Source of the DNA: Felis catus
Taxonomy: Eukaryota
Length of the DNA: 64,000 nt
Direction of reading: 5' to 3'
NCBI RefSeq assembly: GCF_018350175.1
Contig: NC_058377.1
Coordinates: forward strand, 69,316,001-69,380,000
Part shown: piece by piece, positions 23,771 to 35,210 of the stretch
Layout: each line of letters starts with the position of its first letter
Numbering within the stretch: position 1 is the stretch's first letter
Translations under genes and position numbers: made by a program
The notes under the pieces: generated by a model
What the model saw: only the letters and a program-made list of their open reading frames with translations
Databases searched by the model: none
Told to the model about the DNA's origin: nothing

Positions 23771-25084
23771 CCAACCCTACCTTCCTCCGGTGTTTTACAT
23801 CTGCCCTATCACCTCTGCTGAACCCAAAGTGGGTTTTGGGTTTTTTTAAGCTTTAGTTTCTTTTGAGCTGCCGTTTTGGCAGCTGAGTCTGTCTTACAGG
23901 CCCAGGGGGACGGGCGTGAGCATACAGAGGTGTCAGAGTGTTTGTAGAAGTTGTCTTACCCTGCACTGACAGCTGCTATCACTCCATCTGATTCCATGGC
24001 TCACTCACACAGGCGCGCGAAGAATTCTTTCTTAATGTGAATTTTAAGGTTCTGCTGGCTGATCAGTGGACTCTCTCTGCCTGCTGTTAATTTCAACATA
24101 CAAAGGGGAAGTTGTCCCACAGGTAACCTTTTGAAACAAAGGCAGGGCTGGAGTGGTCATCAAGGCAATGGTTAAGCAGGCACAAACAAAATGTGAGCTG
24201 GCATTCCTTTCAGCCCGCAGCAGCCTGGGCTCCTTCCTGGAGACTGTTGACAAAGGAACTTGAGAAGGCAAAAAAGCGCCTGGAATCACAAGAGGATGCT
24301 CTGAAGTGCAGGAACAGCGCTCTGCCACTGGCGGCTGAGAGGCTCACTCTTCTGAGTCCAGGATTAGAGAGAGCTCCGTCTACCCACCGATCCCAGACAC
24401 CAGAGCAGCTGAGAGACTCGAGGGGAGCCTCCTTGCCCACCCCCTCTCCAGAGGATTGTTCTCCTGGAGAAGCCACCGCGTCTGTGTTCCTGTAGCTTTC
24501 CAGAAACTCCTTATCCTCTCCAGGCGCCTGGCAGCCCTCAGGGTACGGAAGCCTCAGGCGAACCCTGAGCTCTTACCCGGGGTCTCCAGGCCACTGATCT
24601 CAACAGTGTGCAAGAAGCCTTTCATACTTGAAAACCCACAGTCAGGAGAGCTGAAACATCCCCCCTGTGCAGAAAGGAAGTAAAAAAAAAAAAAAAAAAA
24701 GTTTCTATTTTTCTAAAAACAGATTTTCTTTATAGACTCTTCCGATGTGTTAATTTCAGGTCTTTTTTGTATCTTGAGACTAAAAGGACCAACAAACCCG
24801 AGTCCATTGTGCTAGGACTAACTACTCTCTGTCTCTCTCACTCACCGACACCTTATCTGGAGCTCCCAGTTTTTCTGCCAATTCTATTCCGTAGTTACCC
24901 TCTCTCCACCCCCGCATCCCCCGCCCAGCTCCAGGCTTCCCCCATCACCCTCCAGGACTACTTGCCGTCCGCCTCCTAATATGTATCCATTCTTATGGTC
25001 TCCTATCATTTTGTGGGGGAGAGAGGAAAGGGAGGGAAGTGTGGACTGAATATCAGATTTCAAATGACTTCTGGGTTTTCCTTA

Positions 25085-25292
25085 CGTTTATTTATTTATT
25101 TTGAGTGTGACAGAGCCCACGAGAGGTGGGGAGGGGCGGGCAGAGAGGAGAGGAAGAGAGAGAGTCCTAAACAGGCTCCACGCTGTCAATGCAGAGCCCA
25201 GTGCGGGGCTCGATCTCGTGAACTGTGGAGATCGTGACCTGAGCTGAAATCAAGAGTTGGATGCTTAACCGACCGATCCACCCAGGCGCCCC
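25085..25292 (-). mobile_element. CanSINE
   Basis: Reverse SINE, degraded TSD. Confidence 0.92.
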
Positions 25293-25496
25293 AGCTTCTG
25301 GTGTTTCTTGTATGGAGCATCATGAGAAGAACTTGGGGTATGTGATCAAGAAATGTTAACAACCGAGAGCAGCCAATATTCAAGAACTAAGGAAAATGCA
25401 TATGCCATTGGGTCTGATCTGATAAAAATCCTTTGCATATTCATGATTGTTCACCGACAATGATAAATGAGTGCTGTCAAAAATCATTCCAATTCA

Positions 25497-25718
25497 GGGG
25501 CGCCTGGGTGGCGCAGTCGGTTGAGCGTCCGGCTTCAGCCAGGTCACGATCTCGCGGTCTGGGAGTTCGAGCCCCGCGTCGGGCTCTGGGCTGATGGCTC
25601 AGAGCCTGGAGCCTGTTTCCGATTCTGTGTCTCCCTCTCTCTCTGCCCCTCCCCCATTCATGCTCTGGCTCTCTCTGTCCCAAAAATAAATAAACGTTGA
25701 AAAAAAAAAAATTAAAAA
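25497..25718 (+). mobile_element. CanSINE, young felid subfamily
   Basis: Perfect TSD aaaaatcattccaattca (25479-25496 / 25719-25736). Confidence 0.97.
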
Positions 25719-25821
25719 AAAAATCATTCCAATTCAAACTTCTGTGGGCATATACAGATATACAGATTGTATAGATACACATAACAGAATGACAGAAAAC
25801 ACAAATCATTTGCATTTCATT

Positions 25822-26020
25822 TTTTTAAATGCTTATTTATTTTTGAGAGAGAAAGCATGAGCCCGGGAGGTTCAGAGAGAGAGAGAGGGACAGAGGATCT
25901 GAAAGGCTCTATGCTGACAACAGAGAGCCCGACGCAAGGCTCAAACTTGCACATCGTGAGATCATGACCTGAGCCAACGTCAGACGCTCAATGGACTGAG
26001 CCCCCCCCCCCAGGCGCCCC
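25822..26020 (-). mobile_element. CanSINE
   Basis: TSD tg(c/t)atttcatt. Confidence 0.92.
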
Positions 26021-26269
26021 TGTATTTCATTGTATACTGTATTTTATTAATGGAGATGAGCACACTCATCAGACATTTATTGGGTTTACCAGACAGATGT
26101 AGGGCCACTGTGCAAGAATAAATACAGAGCTATCGTGTCTCTTAAGGGGCTAAACATGGAGTTTCAAAAATGACAGGATCATTTGGTAACTTGAGATCGA
26201 TAAACAATATTCATTTGATTCCATTTGGTTCTTGAACTGTGTTGTTGGGGGAATCCGGAGGTTCGTCTT

Positions 26270-26945
26270 TTTTGTTGCTGTGTGCACGGAAGTACCAAAT
26301 GTTGGTTTATCCATTCATCAGGTGAGGGACATGTGGGCGATTTCCAGCTTTTGGTGACCACGAATATGGCCATTATACGCGTGTAGGTGCAGGTTTTTGT
26401 GTGAACCTGACTTGTCATTGATCTTGGGTAAATGCCTCTGAGTGCAGTTGCTGTGGGAGCCTTCCAGTTCCTCCATAGCCTTGCCAGCACTCGCAGTTTT
26501 AGACTTTAAAACATTTTTTAAGTGTTTTTTTTTTTTAAATGTTTTATAACTTCAGTCATCTAATGGGTGTGCATTGGCATCTCACTGTGATTTTCATGCG
26601 CGGTTCCCTCGGGGCCCATGTTGTTTGTTGCTTCATATGCTCATTTGCTCGCTGGCCCCATATTGTCTCCAGTGAAGTAACTTCAAATCTTTGGCTTTTT
26701 AGTATTATTTTTTAAATGTTTATTTGTTTTTGAGAGACAGACAGGGTGCAAGGAGGAGAGGGGCAGAGAGAGAGGGAGACACAGAATCCAAAACAGGCTC
26801 CAGGCCCTGAGCCCACTACGGGGCTCGATCTCACGGACCGCGAGATCGTGACCTGAGCCGAAGTCGGTGGCTTAACTGACTGAGCCACTCAGGTGTCCCG
26901 AATCTTTTGCTTTTTAAAAAATCGGGTCATTTATTTTCCATACGT
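26270..26945 (-). mobile_element. L1M 3'-region fragment (interrupted by a SINE)
   Basis: tttatccattcatcaggtgagggacatgtggg...ttccagcttttgg...cttgggtaaatgcct...catctcactgtgatttt. Confidence 0.75.
26701..26899 (-). mobile_element. CanSINE
   Basis: TSD aatcttt(g/t)gctttt. Confidence 0.93.
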
Positions 26946-26950
26946 TATTT

Positions 26951-27153
26951 ATTTTTTAAGGTTTTTATTATTTTTATTTATTTTTGAGAGAGCATGAGCA
27001 GGGGAGGCACAGAGAGAGAGAGAGAATGAGGACCCCAGGCAGGGTCCACACAGCACAGAGCCCGACTTGGGGCTCAAACTCATGAAGTGTGAGATCATGA
27101 CCTGAGCCGAAATCAGGAGTCAGATACAACCAACTGAGCCACCTAGGTGCCCC
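26951..27153 (-). mobile_element. CanSINE
   Basis: TSD cc(a/t)tac(g/a)ttattt. Confidence 0.92.
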
Positions 27154-27917
27154 TCCTTACATTATTTGTAAAGCATCTATCCTCTCGCTGCCTTGGTCCA
27201 CTATTGTTATTGGTCAGCAACTCCTTAATCCTTAAAGGATAGAGTCCAAACATCTTATGATGACATAAACAACACTCATAATCTGGCCCCGGACAGCCTG
27301 GCCACCTGTTTCTTTCTGCTCCCAAACATATTCTTTCCATGGCTGAACCATACTATTTACAAGGTCGCAAGGGCTGCATCGTATTCTAAGTTTTGCACAC
27401 GCTGGGTTGCATGCCCTTCTTTCCAGGTGAATTCCTACACTGCTCTCTCAAGGCCCAGATTAGAAACTTTGGAATTTTGAGACAGCTAGTAGGCTTCTGA
27501 GCTTGTGTTGCTACTGTAATATATCACTCATCTATTGATGCATAACAAATTGCCTAAAACTTAGTGGGCTTAAGACAACAAACATTTATGAGCTCACATT
27601 TTGCAGGGCAGAAATTTGGGAGTGGTTTGGCCGGGTGGTTCTGGCTTATAGGAGGTCACATGACTCCTCAGATACAGTCATCTGAAGACTCGACTGGGGC
27701 CAGGAGATCCCCTGCCAACCTCACTTATATGGCTTAGCAGAAGGCCTAGTTCCTTGATGGATGTTGGACAGAAATCTCACTTCCTCAGCCATTGGGTCTT
27801 TTCTCATAACATGGTGGCTCTTTCCCCAAAGTGAGTGATCCAAGAGAAAGAGGCAGAAACTGCAATGTGTTTTATGACCTAGACTTGGAGGTGCCATTAC
27901 TTCTATCATGTTCTCCC

Positions 27918-28133
27918 CTTTTTTAAAAATTTTTAATGTGTATTTATTTTTGAGAGAGAGACAGAGCATGAGATGGGGAGGGGTAGAGAGAGAGGGAGAC
28001 ACAGAATCTGAAGCAGGCTCCAGGCTCTGAGCTGTCAGCACAGAGCCTGACATGGGGCTCGAACTCACAAACTGCAAGACCATGACCTGAGCCAAAGTCG
28101 GACGCTTAACCGACTGAGCCACCCAGGTGCCCC
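27918..28133 (-). mobile_element. CanSINE
   Basis: TSD ctatcatgtt. Confidence 0.95.
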
Positions 28134-28140
28134 TATCATG

Positions 28141-28255
28141 TTTTTTTTTTTTTAACTTTTTTTTAAAGTAATCTCTGTGCCCAACGTGGGGCTCAAACTC
28201 ACAACCCCAAGATCAAAAGTCACGTGTTCCACTGACCGAGCCAGCCAGGTACCCC
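28141..28255 (-). mobile_element. Short, old CanSINE (no CT tract)
   Basis: tRNA-like head only: gggctcaaactcacaacccc...ccactgaccgagccagccagg. Confidence 0.8.
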
Positions 28256-28361
28256 TACTTCTCTATTGGTCACACAACCAGTGGGGAAGAGGGGCATCCA
28301 GACTATGAGTACCAGGAGGCCAGGATCATTGGGGATCATCTTGCACACTGGCTACCAACTA

Positions 28362-28570
28362 AGAGCATAGACTCAAAAAGACCCAGGTTCAAATCCTGCC
28401 TCTTGCCGTGTATTAGCTGTGTTGTCATAATTAAGTTACTTAACCTCTCTGAGCCCTGATTCCACATCTATAAAATATGCCTGATAGTATTAACCTTATG
28501 GGGTTGAGGTTGCACCTAAAAAAGTGGGTTGCCAAAACCAGCTAATTTATAGTAAACACTTCATAAAAGT
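28362..28570 (+). mobile_element. MIR
   Basis: ggttcaaatcctgcctc...aagttacttaacctctctgagcc core. Confidence 0.8.
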
Positions 28571-28659
28571 TAGATGCCCTTTAGAACCTCCATGTCATTT
28601 CATATCATTATTAACCTATTTTTTGGGCTATATATGTTTCCTCTTCCTTACCTAAATTG

Positions 28660-30060
28660 CAGTTTTATTATTAACAACCAACGATTGAGTCCCACCCGCC
28701 AGACTCTATGTTCATGCCATCTCTCTGACAATCTATTGCCACTGGAAGAAGAAATGAACATACTAATTGGGATCGTAAGCCCTTCCACTTCCTCCCTAGG
28801 ACTTCAAGGTTACAAGAGATTCCTTCCAGATTTCTTTTGCCTGAATTATTCTTTCTATGTGTTGGTTATCACCCCCTCCCAACTCCCATCACTCCAAGCC
28901 CACGATCTGTCTTTCTTTGCTCTGCTCTGGGCCCTGGGAGCCTAACCCCTCTGGAAAGCATCTCTGCGGCCCTTTGCTTTCTGGTTTCCTTTGAGTTCAA
29001 AGGGAGGCACCGATTAGAGATCAAAGAGCAGTAGAAGATGAGCTTGGAGTATTTTTTTTTTCCTGATTCCTCCCTGTTTGGGTGCTGTGCTTCTGGCAAG
29101 GGCTGTGTCCCTCTGTGTCCCTCCTGCTGGGGTGGGTGGGACTTGCCTCTATGTTTCTAGCTCTCGCTTGGCCCAGAAACACTATTTCTTCCCCGTTGCC
29201 CTTTCAGGACCAGGGGTGGCGATGCCTTCCAGCTGTTGCAAATTATGGCCAACCCTAAGCTATGGTCTCAACTCCATGAACTGGCAAAATACATTATTCA
29301 CTGTCATCGTTTTCCCCACAACATCACTTCTGATCAAGGAACACATTTCACAGCAAAAGAAGTGAGGCAACAGGCCTATGCCCATGGGATCTACTGTTCT
29401 TACCTCGCAAGGATGGTGGGACACCCTACTGAAGACCTACCTCTGGCACCCAATAGACAACATCGTGAAAGTTCAGGGTTCTATGTTATGGGGTGTGGTA
29501 TACCCTTTGACACAGCAACGAGCGTATCTTTCTGTTTTCCCCATAAATAAAATCCACAGGTCCAAGTAGCTGGAAGCACTTGCTCCCAGAACTTTGTTCT
29601 GATGTCTTGGAGGTCTGAGGGCCCAAGGGAAGAATGCTCTCAGCAGGTTCCGTCCAAGTCAACCATCATGGGCTCACCGGGTCACCAAACAAAGAGGCAT
29701 CGAAGGGAGTTGCTGTCCCCGCTGGGGAGTTAGGTTCTGGTAACCAAGGAGAAGGTGGAAGGCTGCCACACAGGGAGGGCCTGGAGGACCATGTCTGCAA
29801 CCCATGGGATTCTTGGGGCACCTGCATGTCCAAGAGTAACACTTAGTGGACAAAACCAGGCAGAAGCACTAAAGAGTCAGACCTTTTAGAAAGGGAAGTT
29901 GAGGTCATTCTACCAGGTAAAGAACCCACACCTGCTGATATCCTGGCTGGGGGCAAAGGAAGGAAACATGGAATGAGGAGTGGAGGAAGGGAGTTCTAAA
30001 CAGCAATTCTGCCTGGTTATCAGCTGCGGCAACAAGGACTGTCACGACCATGCACGATTT
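28660..30060 (+). mobile_element. Decayed ERVL internal region: integrase core, dUTPase-like and C-terminal pol remnants
   Basis: ORF 29236-29550 contains IIHCHRFPHNITSDQGTHFTAKEVRQQAYAHGI (ERVL integrase SDQGTHF motif); 29634-29846 KGVAVPAGELGSGNQGEGG resembles ERVL dUTPase; later PGKEPTPADILAGGKG. Confidence 0.8.
28885..29240 (+). mobile_element. LTR33-family fragment within the ERVL internal sequence
   Basis: ctctgctctgggccctgggagcctaacccct...gggaggcacc...ggagtattt...aggggtggcgatgccttcc. Confidence 0.6.
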
Positions 30061-30353
30061 CTTTCATACATGCTACGTGCACACGTCCACATACATACAC
30101 TTATTTCTTCTCTCTCCCTCTCTCATCCTTCCCGTACATTTATAATGTACGTAGTCTTGGTGGCTGTAGAGGAGGCCCAAAAGGTAAGAAGACAGGGCGG
30201 TGAGGTTGTCCTTTTGAAAGATAAGAAGTGGTAATAAGGGATGATTAGCAAGAAGCAAAAGTCCGTGACAAGTTCAGAAGAAAGTGGCAAAGTGGCATAT
30301 ACAATCGAGCCTGAGTTGCTGGTAAACTAACTGTAAATTAAATACAATTCTTT

Positions 30354-30800
30354 GGGGCACCTGGGTGGCTCAGTCAGCTAACCCCCCCACTCTTGATTTC
30401 GGCTCAGGTCATGATCCCACGGTTCGTGGGAACGAGCCCCTAAATGGGCTCTGTGTTGACATTGTGGCACCTGCTTGGGATTCTCTTTCTGCCCCTTCCC
30501 CACTCATGCACCAGCTCTCTCGCTCTCTCTCTCAAAATAAATAATAAACTTGGGGCGCCTGGGTGGCGCAGTCGGTTAAGCGTCCAACTTCAGCCAGGTC
30601 ACGATCTCGCGGTCCGGGAGTTCGAGCCCCGCGTCAGGCTCTGGGCTGATGGCTCAGAGCCTGGAGCCTGTTTCCGATTCTGTGTCTCCCTCTCTCTCTG
30701 CCCCTCCTCCGTTCATGCTCTGTCTCTCTCTGTCCCAAAAATAAATAAAAAAAAAGTTGAAAAAAAATTTAAAAAAAATAAATAATAAACTTTAAAAAAA
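30354..30800 (+). mobile_element. Older CanSINE with a young CanSINE (30552-30774) nested in its tail
   Basis: Outer TSD taaata(c/a)aattctt (30339-30352 / 30801-30814); inner perfect TSD aaaataaataataaactt (30534-30551 / 30775-30792). Confidence 0.95.
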
Positions 30801-31049
30801 TAAATAAAATTCTTCAAGGAAGTCCCCACACCTTGCTCCAACTATTTGATCCTTTCTTCTTTCTAGTGAATCATCAGGACCCGTAATACACAGGGTGACC
30901 ATACGGCAATGAGATTGATTGCCACAGTCCAATGTCCAAAGTCCAAATCGGTCTCAGCACTTTGGAGCACATCCGATCAGTGCTTGGTAATAAGGATTAA
31001 CTTTGTATTCACTGTTGCCAAACTCATCACAAACACGCTCTAAGTGAGC

Positions 31050-31165
31050 AGAACAGTGAAAGAAAAAGGCCTGGGTCTGGGAAGGCCATGTCTCTTAACT
31101 AATCATGTAGCATGTTGGGACTTAGTTTCCTCATCCACAAAATGAAGGGGCCACCTGACATGGAT
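31050..31165 (+). mobile_element. MIR fragment
   Basis: cttagtttcctcatccacaaaatgaaggg. Confidence 0.6.
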
Positions 31166-31169
31166 GGAT

Positions 31170-31730
31170 GATGCATCAGAATGTTTTTGGTTCTAAGTAA
31201 GAGCAAAGCTGGCTCATACTGGCTTAAATTATAAAGGGAATTCACCGGCTCATGTAATTGAAAAGCCCATAAAGATTTGAAGAGCTTCGGGGCTAGCTCG
31301 AACACCTGAATGGGAACAAATTTCCGCCTCACGGGTTCTTGGCTCTGCGTCCTTGGTGTTACTTCGCCTCCGGCAGATCTGGGCAAACCCTTTGGTGGTA
31401 ACCGGGTTCCAGCTGTTCCCTGGGGCTGCATGCGCTCAGGCATGGAGGCAGGAAGCAAAAATCTTTGTGCAGATGAATGTTAATTCAGCAAAGTGCTTGA
31501 GATTTACTCTAACCACACCCTCTGAGGTCACGTGCCCCTTCCCGAGCCAATCACTGCCACCGGCGGTGGAACGTGAGATTCCCCCTGGCCTGGGTCCGCA
31601 GCTCGGTCCCTTCGCACTGCTTGGGGTGGCTTCAGCCTCCGGACAACTGCGTTGATTCCCAGGTGGAACTGGAACAGGGGGGAATCAGGAAGGAGAGAAA
31701 GAAAGGTGCACCGTCAAGCAACACGTCTTC
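31170..31730 (-). mobile_element. MLT1J/K-type MaLR LTR
   Basis: ggttctaagtaa...actggcttaaattataaagggaatt...ggctcatgtaattgaaaag...ggtcacgtgccc...gagccaatcactg. Confidence 0.65.
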
Positions 31731-32370
31731 GTGGTTAGTGCATTTAAACTTTTGGGGGGTGAACAGAACCCCAATATATAACATATACATAATGGAAATT
31801 CTTCACTTAGCTGACATACGAGTGGGGATTTAGGACCCTTTCTTCTGTTGTTCCTAAGAGACGTGCTTAGAAACCTAGCGCCTCCTAGCCCAGGAAACAG
31901 GGATAAAAGCAATGTCCCTGGGTCCATCAGCTCTGTTCGTTGCTACTGCTTAATGAGCAAATATCTGCTAAGATAACTTGTCAGCTACCTCCAGGCACTT
32001 CTGCGGGCCTTGTGCTGTTAATTCTGTGCACAGTTCTGTGAACTAGGTAGAACATTAATTTTTATTAAGAATATGCTTTATAGTTCCAGGCTCCTCAACA
32101 TAAAGATTGATCAGTACCCAACTCTCATTGTTCAAGTTTACCAAAGCTTGCAACCATTTACCTAAGTTTCTGGTAGAGACCAGAGCGATGAAGCCACAGA
32201 CCATCACAAGAGGCTAAGGAATCTGACTATACATGGGTCCAGGGAGAAACGGTTTGAAAGCAATAGGAAGATAAAGGCTTTCTTCAAGTGGACAGTTACC
32301 AGAAACAGTTTCCTGAAAGATGCAGGGAATTAACAAAATATTATATTAAGAAAAAAATTTTTTTTAAAAA

Positions 32371-32590
32371 GGGGGCACCTGGGTGGCTCAGTCGGTTGGG
32401 CGTCCGACTTCAGCTCAGGTCATGTTCTTATGGTCTGTGAGTTCGAGCCCCGCGTCGGGCTCTGTGCTGACAGCTCGGAGCCTGGAGCTTGTTTCGGATT
32501 CTGTGTCTCTCTCTCTGCCCCTTCCCTGCTCGTGCTCTGCCTCTCTCAATCTCAAAAATGAATAAATGTTAAAAAAAATTTTTTAAATAA
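32371..32590 (+). mobile_element. CanSINE
   Basis: Full-length plus-strand copy. Confidence 0.95.
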
Positions 32591-32623
32591 TTTTAAAACC
32601 CCAAAATATTATATTTACTTTTA

Positions 32624-32858
32624 TTTGTATTTATTTTTACTTTAACATTTATTTATTTTTGACAGAGAGAGAGAGAGAGAGAGAGAGAGACAAAGCATGA
32701 GCGGGGGAGGGGCAGAGACAGGGAGACACAGAATCCAAAGCAGGTTCCAGGCTCTGAGCTGTCAGCACAGATCCTGACCTGGGGCTCGAACCCATGAACG
32801 AAGATCATCACCTGAGCCAAAGTCGGACGCTTAACCGACTGAGCCACCCAGGCACCCC
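32624..32858 (-). mobile_element. CanSINE (tail-to-tail with the previous copy)
   Basis: TSD atatttactttta (32611-32623 / 32860-32872). Confidence 0.95.
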
Positions 32859-32964
32859 AATATTTACTTTTAAAGTCACGTGGAAAGCATTTTACATCTT
32901 GAAAAAGTTGAAGATTCTCTTAATAAACGCTTTGACCTAAAAATCTGAAATACTTAGACAAATT

Positions 32965-33525
32965 ATTATTTTAAGTTCTGGTAAAAATGTACATGACATA
33001 AAATTTACTAGTCTCACTTTTTTTTTTCCAGCGTATCGCTCAATGGCATTACGTGCGTTCACACAGTGGCACAATCCTTACCACTGTTCATCTCCAGAAC
33101 TTTTTTCACCTTGCAAAATGAAACTTCACACCCATAAAGCAACAATTCCCCGCCAGCATCTGGTGAGCACCCTTCCACTTTCTGTCTGTGCATTTGACTA
33201 CTGTAGGTGCCTCATATAAATGCAATCCTAAGGTATTTCTTTTTTTTTTTTTATGCCTGGCTTATTTTGCTTAGCCTGATGCCCTCGAAATTCATCCACG
33301 TTGTAGCATGTCAGAATTTCCTCCCATTTAAGGCTGAATTGTATGTGCATCACATTTTGTTTATCCATTTATCATCTGTCGATGGCCATTGGGAGTGCTT
33401 CCACCTTTTGGCTGTTGTAAACGACGCTGCTATAAACCTGAGTGTGCACATCCGTCTTCAAGACCTGTCTTCAAATCTTTTGGATAAGCACATACCAAGA
33501 AATGAAACTGCCGAATCACGTGGAT
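32965..33525 (-). mobile_element. L1MB-type 3' end
   Basis: catctccagaacttttttcaccttgcaaaatgaaac...cctcatataaatgcaatc...tttaaggctgaat...ttccaccttttggctgttgtaa. Confidence 0.85.
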
Positions 33526-35069
33526 GGATAAGATACTTTTAATGACACAGTTCTGCTCTGTGAAATCCTTTAACGTATACTCAAAAGTAGCAAATGCTTG
33601 CGTACGGAAGAATTCAGTGATTTCATTTTATAGCTGAACAATCGATATGGAAGAGAAAGCGACCGGACAATCTTTCGGAAGATCGAGTGGCTTCTTTCCT
33701 ATTTACGGAGGTTTAAGTGATTCGGGGTTCCATTGTGTTCTAGGTTTGCATTTGTGTCAGTCTCGAAATCACAAAATCAGGTGTAAGGGATCCATAGTTT
33801 AATCCAGGTTTAACTCAGAGCACCGGTCCAAGAAAACAACGCTGTGCTTCAGGAGTGAGACAAAGAGGAGATTCTCCAGCAAGCGGGGAGAGACGGCCGG
33901 CGTACTCAGATGTAACCTATTTTTGCTTATCTCTCCCACAGCCTTCCTTTTCAATCCAGACGGGCCACCGTGACAATGGAAACATGTCTCTATTTCTTCC
34001 TCAGTGGGGGAAGAGAACATCTCCTTGTGAAGATAGTTTAATTGTCTGAGAGTCATTTGTATCAAAGGTTCCATTCAATCAAATTTAGCTTCTTCTAAAC
34101 ATTATTTCTTAAAGGGAGTTGGCGAGTTCTCTGTAGCTGGTGCCAGCTCATAAAACAATCCTGCTTTCAAACCAAGAAACGTGGTATTGAAACTTCTCCC
34201 GACGCGGTGGACTTCGCTGAAAAAAGAAAGCTAGCATTTTGCTCACATAAAATGGCAGTAACTCAAGCACAGGCCTCGTATTGTGTCCTGGGTGGCGAGC
34301 AGCTGACACATAATAATTTGGTGTTGGGACGGTTGGAGAGAGTTTGTATCTCTCTACAATGAAGAAAGGCCACGCTTTGGGTCAGGCCGATTCCACCCTG
34401 AAAAGGCTGGGGAATGTTTCAGATGTGGCAACGAAGACACTGTCTCGTTCACACACTCATTAATAGGATCACCTTTCGTTAATTGGGTAACAACAGATAA
34501 TGAAAATTAATCGAACAAAACCCCTTTTGACATAGTCTTCAAAGGTGATGTCATAGACCATTGAATGAACCGTGTTTTTTTTTTTGCTCAGGAGACTTCT
34601 CTCTGACTGTAAGTCATACGTTCCCAGGATGATCTGTGAATCAGGAACGAGGCTGGTTTTGTTGGAACAAAAACTAAGAATGTCAAATATCTTCCAGAGT
34701 GTCTTTCAGATGACTGAAGTCAATGCTACTTGAGACTCTCGTACCTAAACATTTCTACGTTATCACCTTGTCACCTAGGCTTCCAACAGAAGATACAAAG
34801 CTTCCACCAAAGATACAAGATTGCAGAGTATAATGAGTGAGCCGCTCCTCCCCTACTCTGTCCTGTGTCTTCCTTTCTCTCTCTTCCCTGGGGCATCCCT
34901 TGCCTGTCATATGTTGCCAACATCCTACGGTGTGGATGTCCTTTATATGTATGATTACTATTCATGGAGCCAAGGTGCTAAAGAGAATTCTTGCTAAGAG
35001 CGTGCTTGTCTCAGGTTTTTTCCTCCTCGTGCAGTTGGGCTCAACTTTCAGTGTGCAGAAGAAGCCCCA

Positions 35070-35210
35070 GGGGAGATAGCTTTAAACACAAATTCCTGGG
35101 CCTACCTCTAGAGACTCCAATTCAATGGGTGTGGAGAGGCCCTGGAATCTGCATTTTAATAAACACCACCGGCAATTCTGAGCAGGTGGCTGGCCGACCT
35201 CACTTTTAGA
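35070..35210. mobile_element. MER5-type hAT fragment
   Basis: attcctgggcctacc...ggccctggaatctgcattttaataaacacc. Confidence 0.65.

Larger units (their letters stand above)
27520..28358 (-). mobile_element. MLT1F/G-type MaLR LTR, interrupted by two SINEs
   Basis: tctattgatgcataacaaattgcctaaaacttagtggcttaa...tgatccaagaga...ttttatgacctag...ggatcattggggatcatctt. Confidence 0.75.

Noticed and set aside
29236-29550. Possible domesticated integrase gene
   Set aside because: Only a fragment; flanking pol sequence is frameshifted and LTR-interrupted.
30890-30990. cagggtgaccata start resembling a hAT-Blackjack TIR
   Set aside because: Short and degraded, with no convincing second TIR.
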